From the sequence record MN586027.1: DNA of 32,000 bases; one strand, written 5' to 3'. Below the pieces are notes generated by a model. That model was not told the DNA's origin and did no database searches. It worked only from the letters and a program-made list of their open reading frames with translations. This document shows, piece after piece, positions 8,750-17,226 of the stretch (position 1 is the stretch's first letter; each line of letters starts with the position of its first letter). A program made the translations under genes and the position numbers. The DNA is from Arthrobacter phage Mufasa8.

Positions 8750-9238
8750 ATGGCCAGCGAACCACACGCCCGCATCCTGCGGAGCATCTGGCGCAATGAG
8801 GACTGGCTCGACCTGTCCGTCACCGCGCAGTGGTTGTACGAAAGGCTCCTGTCCCACGAGGAGGTGAGCCTTGCCGGGGTCGTCGATTGGCGCCCGGCGA
8901 GGCTCACCCAGTCAGCGGTCGGCGCGTCCATCCAGCTCATCGAGGCAGCCGCCGTGGAGCTGGCAGAGCGGAAGTTCATCGTGTTCGACGAGGGCACGGA
9001 GGAGGCGCTGATCCGGTCGTTCGTCCGTAACGACGGGCTCCTGAAGCAGCCGAACATGGGAATCGCGGTCGCGAAGGCATACGCGGCCACCGGGTCCCGG
9101 AAGCTCCGCGGAGTTCTGGTCTACGAGCTGCAGAGGCTCCGGGAGGACCAGCCGGACCTCAAGGGCTGGGCTCACCTGACCGAGGTGCTGGGGAAGCCTT
9201 CCATCAACCCTTGGACCGAGCTGCAACTGGCCTCCTGA
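8750..9238 (+). CDS. winged-helix/replication-initiation-like protein (short)
   Basis: ARILRSIWRNEDWLDLSVTAQWLYERLLSHEEVSLAGVVDWRPARLTQ; next to repeat array. Confidence 0.5.
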   Translation: MASEPHARILRSIWRNEDWLDLSVTAQWLYERLLSHEEVSLAGVVDWRPARLTQSAVGASIQLIEAAAVELAERKFIVFDEGTEEALIRSFVRNDGLLKQPNMGIAVAKAYAATGSRKLRGVLVYELQRLREDQPDLKGWAHLTEVLGKPSINPWTELQLAS

Positions 9239-9239
9239 G

Positions 9240-9295
9240 AAGGGTTCCGGGAACCCTTCCGGGAACCCTTCGGGGAACCCTTCCAGAAAGGGTTC
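9240..9295. repeat. iteron-like cluster 1: 5 copies GAACCCTT/AAGGGTTC
   Basis: copies starting 9240(-like),9251,9263,9275,9288; period 11-13 bp. Confidence 0.85.
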
Positions 9296-9426
9296 AAAAC
9301 GGGTCTGGGGAGGGTCGAAAGGACCTCATTTGCGGGGCTTCCGCCCCTCCCCCGGCCCGGGAGCTCACCAGATCGGCCGGCACTCGGGGCCAAGAACCCC
9401 GGAATCTAGGGGATTCTGCGGGGGTG

Positions 9427-9505
9427 AAGGGTTCGGGAAAGGGTTCGGAGAACCCTTCCGGAAAGGGTTCGGGAAAGGGTTCGGAGAAGGGTTCCGGTAA
9501 CCCTT
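9427..9505. repeat. iteron-like cluster 2: 7 copies AAGGGTTC/GAACCCTT (last is TAACCCTT)
   Basis: starts 9427,9439,9450,9463,9475,9487,9498; period 11-13 bp. Confidence 0.85.
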
Positions 9506-9509
9506 CGCT

Positions 9510-9550
9510 CACTCCTTAACTCCTTAACTCCTTAACTCCCTTACTCCTAA
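9510..9550 (+). repeat. TTAACTCC tandem repeats, AT-richer than surroundings
   Basis: actccttaactccttaactccttaactcccttactcctaaaaac. Confidence 0.75.
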
Positions 9551-9612
9551 AAACAGCGGTCCAAGACTAATCAATCAATCGTTCAGTAAGTAACGCGAGG
9601 GGAGCGAGACGC

Positions 9613-10128
9613 TTGACTGACTCAACTCCAACAATCACCGAAAACCAAGCCAAGATCGCCGCGGCAGCGTGGCACGAAATCCGACCCGACTGGGGCATCC
9701 AGTCGATGATGACCATGCTCGCCGAGAAGGTGACAGCTCCGGGCTTCACGGCAAGCTTCGCGGAGCTGCTGCGGGCAGGCATCAACGCGGCACTGAATCC
9801 GAAGGCCAAGACCCCGGCGGTCATCTTCCAGCCCGGGAAGCACTGGCTGGACGCGGAGCAGGCGGCGGACCCGGCTCGGACCTCGTGGTTCGGGAACGAC
9901 ACCTCCGATGACTGCCCGAACCACCCCACCGTCAAGGCGTGGGATTGCAAGCCCTGTCGCCGGGCGGACCCGATGCCCCCGAACTTTCGGGCTCGCGTCG
10001 AGGCCGAAGCGGAACGTGTCCGGGCAGCCCGGGCAGCACAGTTGACACCACCGAAGGAGAACCATGGAAGCGATGAAGTCCACACTGTCGAGCCAGAACC
10101 CGCTGAACCGGCGCCTGCCAACGCCTGA
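9613..10128 (+). CDS. hypothetical protein, Cys motif (DCPNHPTVKAWDCKPCRRADP)
   Basis: 171-aa ORF, TTG start preceded by GAGGGGAG. Confidence 0.75.
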   Translation: MTDSTPTITENQAKIAAAAWHEIRPDWGIQSMMTMLAEKVTAPGFTASFAELLRAGINAALNPKAKTPAVIFQPGKHWLDAEQAADPARTSWFGNDTSDDCPNHPTVKAWDCKPCRRADPMPPNFRARVEAEAERVRAARAAQLTPPKENHGSDEVHTVEPEPAEPAPANA

Positions 10129-10684
10129 CGAATACGCCCGCGCTCACCGGGCCTTCCAGTCCAAGGCGGCGTTCCTGCTCAAGGACCTGTCCGAACGGCA
10201 GGAGAAGGAACTCACGGCTGTCAGGGCCAAGCTGGACGCCGAGGGCGCGAAGCTTGAGGCCGGGATCGCCGAGCAGCGGAAGCGAAACGCATCCCTCAGG
10301 GTGGCCGAGCGACGTGCCATGCGGGCACGGGACCGGGCCGAGGAGTCGATCCTGACCCTGCAGCGTGAAGCGGAGGACCTGACGGCCATTCATGATCTGC
10401 GGCTGGAACAGGCCCAGCACGTCGTTGAGGCCCGGAAGGCGCTGGAACGCCTGTATGACGAGCTGGCCGAACGGAAGCAGGAAGCCGCGAAGCTGGCAGA
10501 CAAGATCAGGGCCGTCAACAGGACCATCGCGCGGCGGCAGGCGAAGGTCGACGAGGCGGTCAAGTACCGGCCCCTCACGGATGACGAACGGCGGGTCGTG
10601 GAGGCGGACATGGAGATCGCCCGGCACAGCCGCCGGAAGGCCGCCGAGCGGGCAGAAGCCGCAGACGTCGCTCTCGCGGCCTAA
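10064..10684 (+). CDS. coiled-coil hypothetical protein
   Basis: 206-aa ORF with strong heptad character; true start may be slightly downstream (MKSTLSSQ). Confidence 0.7.
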   Translation: MEAMKSTLSSQNPLNRRLPTPDEYARAHRAFQSKAAFLLKDLSERQEKELTAVRAKLDAEGAKLEAGIAEQRKRNASLRVAERRAMRARDRAEESILTLQREAEDLTAIHDLRLEQAQHVVEARKALERLYDELAERKQEAAKLADKIRAVNRTIARRQAKVDEAVKYRPLTDDERRVVEADMEIARHSRRKAAERAEAADVALAA

Positions 10685-10806
10685 AACGCCCCCGGCCCCA
10701 TAACCACCCGGAAACGGGCTGTCAGGGGCTGCTAGCCCCCAAAGCGGCCCGATGGGGCCACATTTTGAACCAATCACCAACCAACAATTCCCAGAAGGAG
10801 CGTCCA

Positions 10807-11301
10807 TTGTTTGTCATCGACGTCGCCGGAACACCCGGCCCGCAAGGGTCCAAGAAGGGCTTCGCCATCGCCCGGAAGGACAAGGCCACCGGCCAGAAGG
10901 TCTACACCGGAAAGGTCGCCATGGTGGAGTCCTCCAAGAAGGTCAAGCCGTGGCGTGAGGCCGTCGTGGAGGCCGTCAAGAAGGTCGTCACCGAGCCCAT
11001 CGACGGGGCCGTGAACGTGGCCATCGTGTTCTACGTCCCCCGCCCAAAGAAGCACTACCGCACCGGCAGGTTCGCTCACCTGCTCCGGGACGACGCGCCC
11101 CTGTACCCGACCACGAACCCGGACGTGGACAAGCTCGTCCGGGCCACCCTTGACGCGCTGACCATGGCCCGGGCCTACAAGGACGATTCGGTCGTCGTGG
11201 ACCAGCACGGCTCCAAGCGCTACGCCGACCACCGGGTTCCCGGCGCCCGTATCCAGCTCGTCGCCAAGCAGGCTGATTCGCGGAAGCTGGTGACGGTCTG
11301 A
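10807..11301 (+). CDS. RusA-like Holliday junction resolvase
   Basis: GTPGPQGSKKG...YPTTNPDVDKLVRATLDALTMARAYKDDSVVV; AAGGAG before TTG start. Confidence 0.8.
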   Translation: MFVIDVAGTPGPQGSKKGFAIARKDKATGQKVYTGKVAMVESSKKVKPWREAVVEAVKKVVTEPIDGAVNVAIVFYVPRPKKHYRTGRFAHLLRDDAPLYPTTNPDVDKLVRATLDALTMARAYKDDSVVVDQHGSKRYADHRVPGARIQLVAKQADSRKLVTV

Positions 11302-11525
11302 TGGCCCGGCGCGGAGCGACCTACGTCCCGTCCGTCACCCCGGCCCGGGGCGTGGTCGTCACGGTCGACGGACTGCCCGGGACGTGGCAGATCAGCGACA
11401 AGTCCCCCACCCGTGGGAACTGGTGGCTGGTGGCCATGGACGACGAGGCCAAGGCCCACAAGAGCTTCGCGGAGGCCTCCGCCAAGGAGATGTCCCGCCC
11501 CACCAAGATCACCGTCGAGAACTGA
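11301..11525 (+). CDS. hypothetical protein
   Basis: 74-aa ORF, TGATG overlap. Confidence 0.7.
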   Translation: MARRGATYVPSVTPARGVVVTVDGLPGTWQISDKSPTRGNWWLVAMDDEAKAHKSFAEASAKEMSRPTKITVEN

Positions 11526-11532
11526 GGAACCC

Positions 11533-12003
11533 ATGGCACAACTGACCAAGACCCGCGCGACCCTGCTGTCCACCGAGGACACGAAGCACGTCGCTGACGC
11601 GGTGAAGCTCCTCGCCGCGTCCAAGGGCTTCCGGCAGGCCCAGCACCTGTACGAGGCAGCGGCCCGGAATGGCTATCCCGGCTCGGTGGCCAGCCTGCGC
11701 CGGATGCTGAACGGGAACCGCCCGGCGCAGGAGGCGGAGGTGGTGGCTCTGGCCCGGGCGTTCGGGGTCACGAGCCGGGACCTCATCGGCCACGGCGCAG
11801 CCCGCCCGAAGCTCATCGAGTTCGACCTCCCCGCCGCGCCCCGCGAGCCCGTGCAGGAGAAGCCGCGCAAGGCCAAGCCGGGGAAGCTGACCGGCGATGA
11901 CCTGCGCGAGCTGGCGACGGCGATTTCGGAGCTGACGCAGGCCGTCCGCGGGCTGGTGGAATCCCAGCAGGAGGCTCCGGCAAAGCTCCGGTCTGCGTCG
12001 TAG
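11533..12003 (+). CDS. HTH (XRE-like) domain protein
   Basis: ASLRRMLNGNRPAQEAEVVALARAFGVTSRDLIG. Confidence 0.65.
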   Translation: MAQLTKTRATLLSTEDTKHVADAVKLLAASKGFRQAQHLYEAAARNGYPGSVASLRRMLNGNRPAQEAEVVALARAFGVTSRDLIGHGAARPKLIEFDLPAAPREPVQEKPRKAKPGKLTGDDLRELATAISELTQAVRGLVESQQEAPAKLRSAS

Positions 12004-12006
12004 GGC

Positions 12007-12036
12007 TTGTGGTCCAAGGTGTTGTGTTGTTACACT
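12007..12036 (+). promoter_or_regulatory. promoter P5: TTGTGG-N18-TACACT, TGT extended -10
   Basis: GGGCTTGTGGTCCAAGGTGTTGTGTTGTTACACTTTT. Confidence 0.7.
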
Positions 12037-12072
12037 TTTGGGTAACAGCACAACACCAACCAAGGAGCGGTC

Positions 12073-12504
12073 ATGGCAACGGAAATCCCCACACACAACA
12101 AGCTCGGGTTCCCCGTTGTCCCCTGCTCCCGCTGCGCCGGACGCGACACCATGGAGGAATACGCTCACGTCGACGCCGGTCGTTGCTTCCAGTGCCAAGG
12201 CCAGCGCGTCGTCGTCAAGCCCGGCAAGGCAGCCAAGGCGTGGAAGGCGTACAAGGAAGCCCTCGACGCAGCCCAGAGCGGCACCGTCGGGGACCTCGCG
12301 GCCGGTGACCAGTTCCGGGTCGGCAATGCTTGGTACGTTTTCGCCGGGCTGGGCGTGGACCGCTTCGGCCAGAATTTCATCGACACCAACAAGGGCAACA
12401 TCGGCCTTAGCCAGTGCAAGACCGTCGAAGCCGTCGCCGCCTTCCCCGTCCGCATCCACCGCCCGGACGCGGTCGACGTCACCGAATACCTCAAGGGCCT
12501 CTAG
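12073..12504 (+). CDS. zinc-ribbon-like hypothetical protein
   Basis: PCSRCAGRDTM...GRCFQCQGQR; ACCAACCAAGGAG leader. Confidence 0.8.
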   Translation: MATEIPTHNKLGFPVVPCSRCAGRDTMEEYAHVDAGRCFQCQGQRVVVKPGKAAKAWKAYKEALDAAQSGTVGDLAAGDQFRVGNAWYVFAGLGVDRFGQNFIDTNKGNIGLSQCKTVEAVAAFPVRIHRPDAVDVTEYLKGL

Positions 12505-12512
12505 CCCACCCC

Positions 12513-12534
12513 GGGAGGGGCGCCCGCCCCTCCC
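12513..12534 (+). terminator. hairpin GGGAGGGGC/GCCCCTCCC
   Basis: 9-bp perfect stem, 4-nt loop after stop at 12504. Confidence 0.45.
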
Positions 12535-12569
12535 CCCACCACTCTCACCAACCAAGGAGAAACCACATC

Positions 12570-12833
12570 ATGTGCTACGTCATCGCCGCCCTCGCCGCTC
12601 TCACGCTCGTCCTCACCGGCTGCTCCACCAGCACCACCGCAGCCCCGTCACAGCCCGCCCCTGCCACCAGCACGGCCCGCAGCACCCCGACCCCGACGGC
12701 GAAGGTCGTCCCGCCCTGCCCGTCCGAGGACTATGACGGCCCCGTGACCTGCCTCTGGGACGCCAAGGCCCGGGGCAACGGGCTCGGCCACTCGTTCATC
12801 TGGAACGGCACCGAAGCCATCCCGACCAGCTAG
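12570..12833 (+). CDS. small lipoprotein
   Basis: MCYVIAALAALTLVLTGCSTS lipobox; ACCAACCAAGGAG leader. Confidence 0.75.
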   Translation: MCYVIAALAALTLVLTGCSTSTTAAPSQPAPATSTARSTPTPTAKVVPPCPSEDYDGPVTCLWDAKARGNGLGHSFIWNGTEAIPTS

Positions 12834-12840
12834 CCCGGGC

Positions 12841-12870
12841 TTGGTGATAATGGTAAATGGGTGTTACACT
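12841..12870 (+). promoter_or_regulatory. promoter P6: TTGGTG-N18-TACACT, TGT extended -10
   Basis: CCCGGGCTTGGTGATAATGGTAAATGGGTGTTACACTTAG. Confidence 0.7.
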
Positions 12871-12915
12871 TAGTGGGTAAGGCAAACCACCCAATCACCA
12901 ACCAAGGAGCGGGCA

Positions 12916-13110
12916 ATGAAGAAGGAAATCAAGAAGCTAGCCAAGCTGGCAGAAGAACTCGGCTGGGTATATGTTCGAGTCACCAGCAATGGCCACTACC
13001 TCTACCGGCACTCCACCACCGGAAACCAGACCACCATCCCCGCCACCCCATCCGGCGGGAAGCGGTCGCTCGAGAACTGCGAAGCAACACTCCGCAGGCT
13101 CGCCAAGTAA
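12916..13110 (+). CDS. HicA/YcfA-like small protein
   Basis: LAEELGWVYVRVTSNGHYLYRHSTTGNQTTIPATPSGGKRSLENCEATLRRLAK. Confidence 0.6.
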   Translation: MKKEIKKLAKLAEELGWVYVRVTSNGHYLYRHSTTGNQTTIPATPSGGKRSLENCEATLRRLAK

Positions 13111-13165
13111 GACCACGGGCCGCCCCTCACCGGGGCGGCCCACCACCAACCAAGGAGCAGGAGCC

Positions 13166-13396
13166 ATGAACGCTCACGCAATCCACACGCACCACGACAC
13201 GGAGCGCCCCGAGAAGGAACTCGTTATCTGGGACGCGGTCGCGGACACGCAGCCCACCGTCCAGATCGACGACGCTGACAACTCAGCATTCGTCCACTAC
13301 ACCGCAGCGGAGGCACCAGCCATCGCCGCAGCGATCCTCAACGCAGCAGGGCTCGCGGAGCTGGCCCAGCTCCTGCAGGCCACCAGCACCAAGTAG
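13166..13396 (+). CDS. hypothetical protein
   Basis: 76-aa ORF with CCAACCAAGGAG leader. Confidence 0.75.
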   Translation: MNAHAIHTHHDTERPEKELVIWDAVADTQPTVQIDDADNSAFVHYTAAEAPAIAAAILNAAGLAELAQLLQATSTK

Positions 13397-13484
13397 CCCC
13401 ACCAGCACGGCGCTTTACCTGCCGGGATCAGTCATGCCCGGGAACCGCCCAATAGGTACACAATTCACCAACCAAGGAGCCATC

Positions 13485-13631
13485 ATGGACGTTTTGATCC
13501 TCTTGCTCGGCACCATCGGCACCGGCGTCTACGCGCTGTACCAGCGGCACGAGCGCCGTGCTGCACAAGCCCAGCTCACCCACCAGACCACCAGCACCAC
13601 CGACGCGGCCGAACACGACGCCGCAGCCTGA
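13485..13631 (+). CDS. small membrane protein
   Basis: MDVLILLLGTIGTGVYALYQRHERR; ACCAACCAAGGAG leader. Confidence 0.65.
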   Translation: MDVLILLLGTIGTGVYALYQRHERRAAQAQLTHQTTSTTDAAEHDAAA

Positions 13632-13641
13632 AAGGACCCCC

Positions 13642-13968
13642 ATGGCCACCGAAGCAGTCACCTATCCCACCGTCGATGTCACCACCGAGTACGGCTACCG
13701 CCGCCCGGATGGCGTCGAGGTCTGGGACAGGACGGTTCGCGTCAAGAACGACCCCCGGTACAACGACTACACCGACATCACGACCAAGGAGCTGCACGAG
13801 AGCAAGCGCCGCCGTGGCCAGTTCGCTGACGCGCTCAGGGTCGCCGCCGAGTCGGTCGGAATCCCCGCCGAGGAGTACATCGACCAGCACCAGCTCATCA
13901 CCCGCCAGCGCATCGTGACCGTTCTCCCGACGGTCTACATCGCCGAGCCCATCAACCTCCCCTTCTAG
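13642..13968 (+). CDS. hypothetical protein
   Basis: 108-aa ORF with AAAGGA SD. Confidence 0.75.
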   Translation: MATEAVTYPTVDVTTEYGYRRPDGVEVWDRTVRVKNDPRYNDYTDITTKELHESKRRRGQFADALRVAAESVGIPAEEYIDQHQLITRQRIVTVLPTVYIAEPINLPF

Positions 13969-13977
13969 GAGCCCCCA

Positions 13978-14385
13978 GTGCCCACCACCGCCACCATCAA
14001 GCACCTGCCCGCCCAGCACGACGAGGGCATCCTCATCGCCCACCCCGCCAGCGTCATGTCGTTCCTCGGCGTGGACGTCATGGTCCAGCGCTCCGTCATC
14101 GACGGCAAGGTGCTGGTGACGGTGGACGGGGACCACCGGAACACCCGGATCGACATGAACGACGGCACCGTCTACAACGGCCCGGGCGGGGAAACCCACC
14201 TCAGCGACGCGGAACGACAGGCCGCCGAGGACTGGAACAACTCACCGGGCGAACCAGCCCCGTCCCACTGGCCGACCACCGACGAGGAGGGCGCACGCTA
14301 TCGGGACTGGATGCTGGAAGTCCGCAACGGCAACACGGCCCTCGGGTTCCGCGACTGGGTCAACGCAGAGGAGGCCGGTCTGTGA
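13978..14385 (+). CDS. hypothetical protein
   Basis: GTG start, AGGAG upstream. Confidence 0.75.
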   Translation: MPTTATIKHLPAQHDEGILIAHPASVMSFLGVDVMVQRSVIDGKVLVTVDGDHRNTRIDMNDGTVYNGPGGETHLSDAERQAAEDWNNSPGEPAPSHWPTTDEEGARYRDWMLEVRNGNTALGFRDWVNAEEAGL

Positions 14386-14576
14386 TCCAGCAGATTGAGG
14401 GCGTCATCACCCGCCCGGACGGGGAGCGCGTCAGCTTCCTCATCCTCGAAGATTCCCGGGTCCAGTGGGGCGTCCCGCCCAGCCAGCTCGGGGAAACCGT
14501 GGACGTCCTCGACGCCATCACCACCGCCGTCCGCGAAACAGACTTCTTCACCCCCGAAAGGATCACCAGTGCCTAG
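14382..14576 (+). CDS. hypothetical protein
   Basis: GTGA-coupled ORF. Confidence 0.7.
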   Translation: MIQQIEGVITRPDGERVSFLILEDSRVQWGVPPSQLGETVDVLDAITTAVRETDFFTPERITSA

Positions 14577-14886
14577 CCCCACCTTCCCCAACACCCTCAC
14601 CGGCGAGGCCCGCCAGCAGGAACTCAAGGACGCCGCCATCGCCTGCGTGTCCACCCCGCACGGGGACGACCACAAGAGCGACGCCTGCCCGCTCGCCCGG
14701 GTCCTGCCCGTCGGCATCGGCTACCACCAGCCCACCCTCGACGCCGTCGGGGTCATCGTCAACTCAAGCAGCATCGCGACCGCGGCCACCGCACAGCACC
14801 TGTCCGGCACGTTCAAAGCCCTGCTGCGCCGCTGGGCCGTCAGGCACCTCCTCACCCCGGCACCGCGCCAGCAGGTCGCAGCATGA
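14569..14886 (+). CDS. hypothetical protein
   Basis: coupled GTG start; continuous coding layout. Confidence 0.7.
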   Translation: MPSPTFPNTLTGEARQQELKDAAIACVSTPHGDDHKSDACPLARVLPVGIGYHQPTLDAVGVIVNSSSIATAATAQHLSGTFKALLRRWAVRHLLTPAPRQQVAA

Positions 14887-15161
14887 GCCGCCGCGCCGAC
14901 GCCCCACAGACCACCAACGCAGACACGCCCCGCGCCGCGGAACTGCGCCGGGCAGCGAAGGTCTGCGTGACCGCCAACCACGGCCCCTTCCACCCCGAGG
15001 ACTGCCCCCTCAAGCAGGCCATCCCCGACGGCTCCGTCCCCCACCCGTTCTCCACCACCGCCGAAGCCATCAAGGCGATCACCGGCAAGGGCCTTGATTC
15101 CACGAAGCCCGCATATCTCAGGTCCCAGCTCCGCCGCTGGGCCATCAAGGAAGGCAACTAG
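14883..15161 (+). CDS. hypothetical protein
   Basis: ATGA-coupled ORF. Confidence 0.75.
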   Translation: MSRRADAPQTTNADTPRAAELRRAAKVCVTANHGPFHPEDCPLKQAIPDGSVPHPFSTTAEAIKAITGKGLDSTKPAYLRSQLRRWAIKEGN

Positions 15162-15163
15162 CC

Positions 15164-15352
15164 ATGGCCACCGGCACCCGCTCAATCTCGATCAACTGCC
15201 CCGCCTGCCCCGAGCAGATCACCGTCGTCGCCGAGCCGAAGCTCACCAGCGCCAAGGCCCCTGCAGGGACCGCGGTCGTGTTCATCGAGGTCGACCGGGC
15301 AGCTTTCGACCGGCACCTCGCAACGCACCTGCCCGACGAATCACTGTCCTAA
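15164..15352 (+). CDS. hypothetical protein with CPAC motif
   Basis: 62-aa ORF. Confidence 0.7.
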   Translation: MATGTRSISINCPACPEQITVVAEPKLTSAKAPAGTAVVFIEVDRAAFDRHLATHLPDESLS

Positions 15353-15378
15353 CCCACCACCAACCAAGGAGAACCCCC

Positions 15379-15819
15379 ATGCCGACACCCGACCAGCTCG
15401 CAGAGTTCCACCAGCTCGTGCAGGACGCCCACGACGCCTCGCAGCGCGGCTCCAACGACGCCGAAATCCAAGCCCTGCAGGACGCGGTGGAATGCGCCGA
15501 AAGTCTGCTGGAACCGACCCGCACCCACTCGTTCACCGGCACCGTCAAGCGGGCCGACGGCATCACCGTCACAGCCACCATCACCGTCCCGGAAGGGCAC
15601 AAGGCAGTCAGCCCCGAACCGACCCGCCCGTGGCACGGCAAGGACCGCACGAACCAGAACTTCCTCGAACTCGGCGAACTGGCCATGATGGTCGCACAGC
15701 AGGGCTACGGCATCGTCGAACGCAACGAACGCCACCGCGAGGAATGGGGCAAGCAAGACTACTGGGCCGACCTCCTCAACATTCCCGCCCCCACCCCGCA
15801 GATCGAGGCAGGCAAGTGA
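15379..15819 (+). CDS. hypothetical protein
   Basis: 146-aa ORF, ACCAACCAAGGAG leader. Confidence 0.8.
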   Translation: MPTPDQLAEFHQLVQDAHDASQRGSNDAEIQALQDAVECAESLLEPTRTHSFTGTVKRADGITVTATITVPEGHKAVSPEPTRPWHGKDRTNQNFLELGELAMMVAQQGYGIVERNERHREEWGKQDYWADLLNIPAPTPQIEAGK

Positions 15820-16454
15820 GCCGCGTGGAGTGGCTGGACGCAGGCCACATGAGCCCGAAGGTCCACAACGGCGACGAGGAAATGGCCGACGGGAACACCC
15901 CCGCAGGGGAGGACAGCACCGACATCATCGGCCTGTCCCTCGGCGGGGACACCAGCCTTGTCATCTACGGGCTCCCCAGCGAAGTCCTCGCGGGGCTCCA
16001 CGAAGCCATGGAGGTCGTGAAGGACAGGATCGACAGGGAACGGTTCAAGCCCGCCCCCGAGGCATGGGCAGGGGCAGAGCCGCACAACATCGCGGACGAC
16101 CCGCAAGCCATCAGGGACTTCCTCGCCGGAGACGAAATCAGGACCCCCATCGTCAAGAACCGCGCCATCACCGCAGGGCTCCACCTCCGTGAGGTCGAGG
16201 ACGGCTACTGGCAGCGGATCAACGTCAAGACCCGGATCGACGACGGTGCGTTCATGACGTACCTCAGCTACGACCTGCACAAGAACACCCCGCACGGGGA
16301 AGCCGTCAAGCTGCGCGTCGGCATGGCCTACGTCGAACTCGGACGGAAGCCCGTACTGGGCCGCTACAGCGACAAGAAGCTCATCCAAGCCCACCGCGAA
16401 GCCGCCGCCCGCCTCACCGTCGCCCACGTCAAGACCGTCATGGAGTCAGAATGA
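15816..16454 (+). CDS. hypothetical protein
   Basis: GTGA-coupled 212-aa ORF. Confidence 0.8.
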   Translation: MSRVEWLDAGHMSPKVHNGDEEMADGNTPAGEDSTDIIGLSLGGDTSLVIYGLPSEVLAGLHEAMEVVKDRIDRERFKPAPEAWAGAEPHNIADDPQAIRDFLAGDEIRTPIVKNRAITAGLHLREVEDGYWQRINVKTRIDDGAFMTYLSYDLHKNTPHGEAVKLRVGMAYVELGRKPVLGRYSDKKLIQAHREAAARLTVAHVKTVMESE

Positions 16455-16834
16455 CCGCCACCACAGAAGCCCCCACCACGAACCTCCACCAGCCCGTGGA
16501 GCGCGACGGGAACCACCTCGACTGCGGAGCCCCCGACTGCGGCTACTCGATGTTCACCCACCCCATCGCAACCCCCACCTTCAAGGACCAGCCCGAGAAG
16601 ATGGCCACCTACTGGCGGGACCAGTTCCAACGCCACCACTCCGACCAGTACGCCCCCGGCCGTGCCCCGGACATCGCCGTGGACTGGGAAGTGAGCGCCT
16701 GCTGCTCAATTTGCGAGGACAAGATCGGGGACATCGTGGTCGTCGACTCGGAAACGCTCACCTGCAAGGACTGTGGAACCACATGGGACATGCACGGCAC
16801 CTCCGGGGAGCTGGCCGAACAGGAGGAGGACTGA
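16451..16834 (+). CDS. zinc-binding hypothetical protein
   Basis: CGAPDCGYSMF...CCSICEDKIG...CKDCGTTWDMHG. Confidence 0.75.
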   Translation: MTATTEAPTTNLHQPVERDGNHLDCGAPDCGYSMFTHPIATPTFKDQPEKMATYWRDQFQRHHSDQYAPGRAPDIAVDWEVSACCSICEDKIGDIVVVDSETLTCKDCGTTWDMHGTSGELAEQEED

Positions 16835-17226
16835 TGGAGCGAGGACGAGGACGCCCGAAGGCCGACCAAGAGGAATTCCTGCAGCTCCACCACCAAGGAC
16901 TCTCGGCCAGCCAGATCGCGGAACGGATGGGCTGCACCGCGCGAACCATCGTCCGCCTCAGGGCACGCACCGGAGTCGCAGCCCCCGCCCCTACCGGCAA
17001 GCGCGTCGACGCCGAATGGCACGCCAAGGTCCGGGAGCTGCACGCCGAAGGGCTCTCCCAGACAGACATTGCCCGCCTCACCGGCGTCACACCCCAGACC
17101 GTCGCCCGCCACCACCCAGACACCGGCTGGGACCGCCCAACCATCGGCCGTTACGGCCGAGCCGTCAAGACCCTCAACAGCCTCCCCAGCCACCTCGAAG
17201 CCGTACAGATCGGAGCCAGCACCTGA
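16834..17226 (+). CDS. double helix-turn-helix DNA-binding protein
   Basis: LSASQIAERMGCTARTIVRLRAR and LSQTDIARLTGVTPQTVARHH. Confidence 0.75.
   Translation: MERGRGRPKADQEEFLQLHHQGLSASQIAERMGCTARTIVRLRARTGVAAPAPTGKRVDAEWHAKVRELHAEGLSQTDIARLTGVTPQTVARHHPDTGWDRPTIGRYGRAVKTLNSLPSHLEAVQIGAST

Noticed and set aside
9240-9505. Possible CRISPR array
   Set aside because: Repeat units are 8 bp with 3-5 bp gaps and mixed orientation; no spacers of CRISPR length, no cas genes. The PD-(D/E)XK (Cas4-like) nuclease is linked to RecT, not CRISPR.
9211-9519. ORF 9211..9519 encoding GTLPGTLRGTLPE.../GSGKGSEKGSG repeats
   Set aside because: Low-complexity translation of the nucleotide repeat array, overlapping the end of a better ORF; the conserved feature seems to be DNA-level repeats in both orientations.
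13397-13460. Possible hairpin/terminator after 13396
   Set aside because: No perfect stem of useful length or T-rich tract found by eye.
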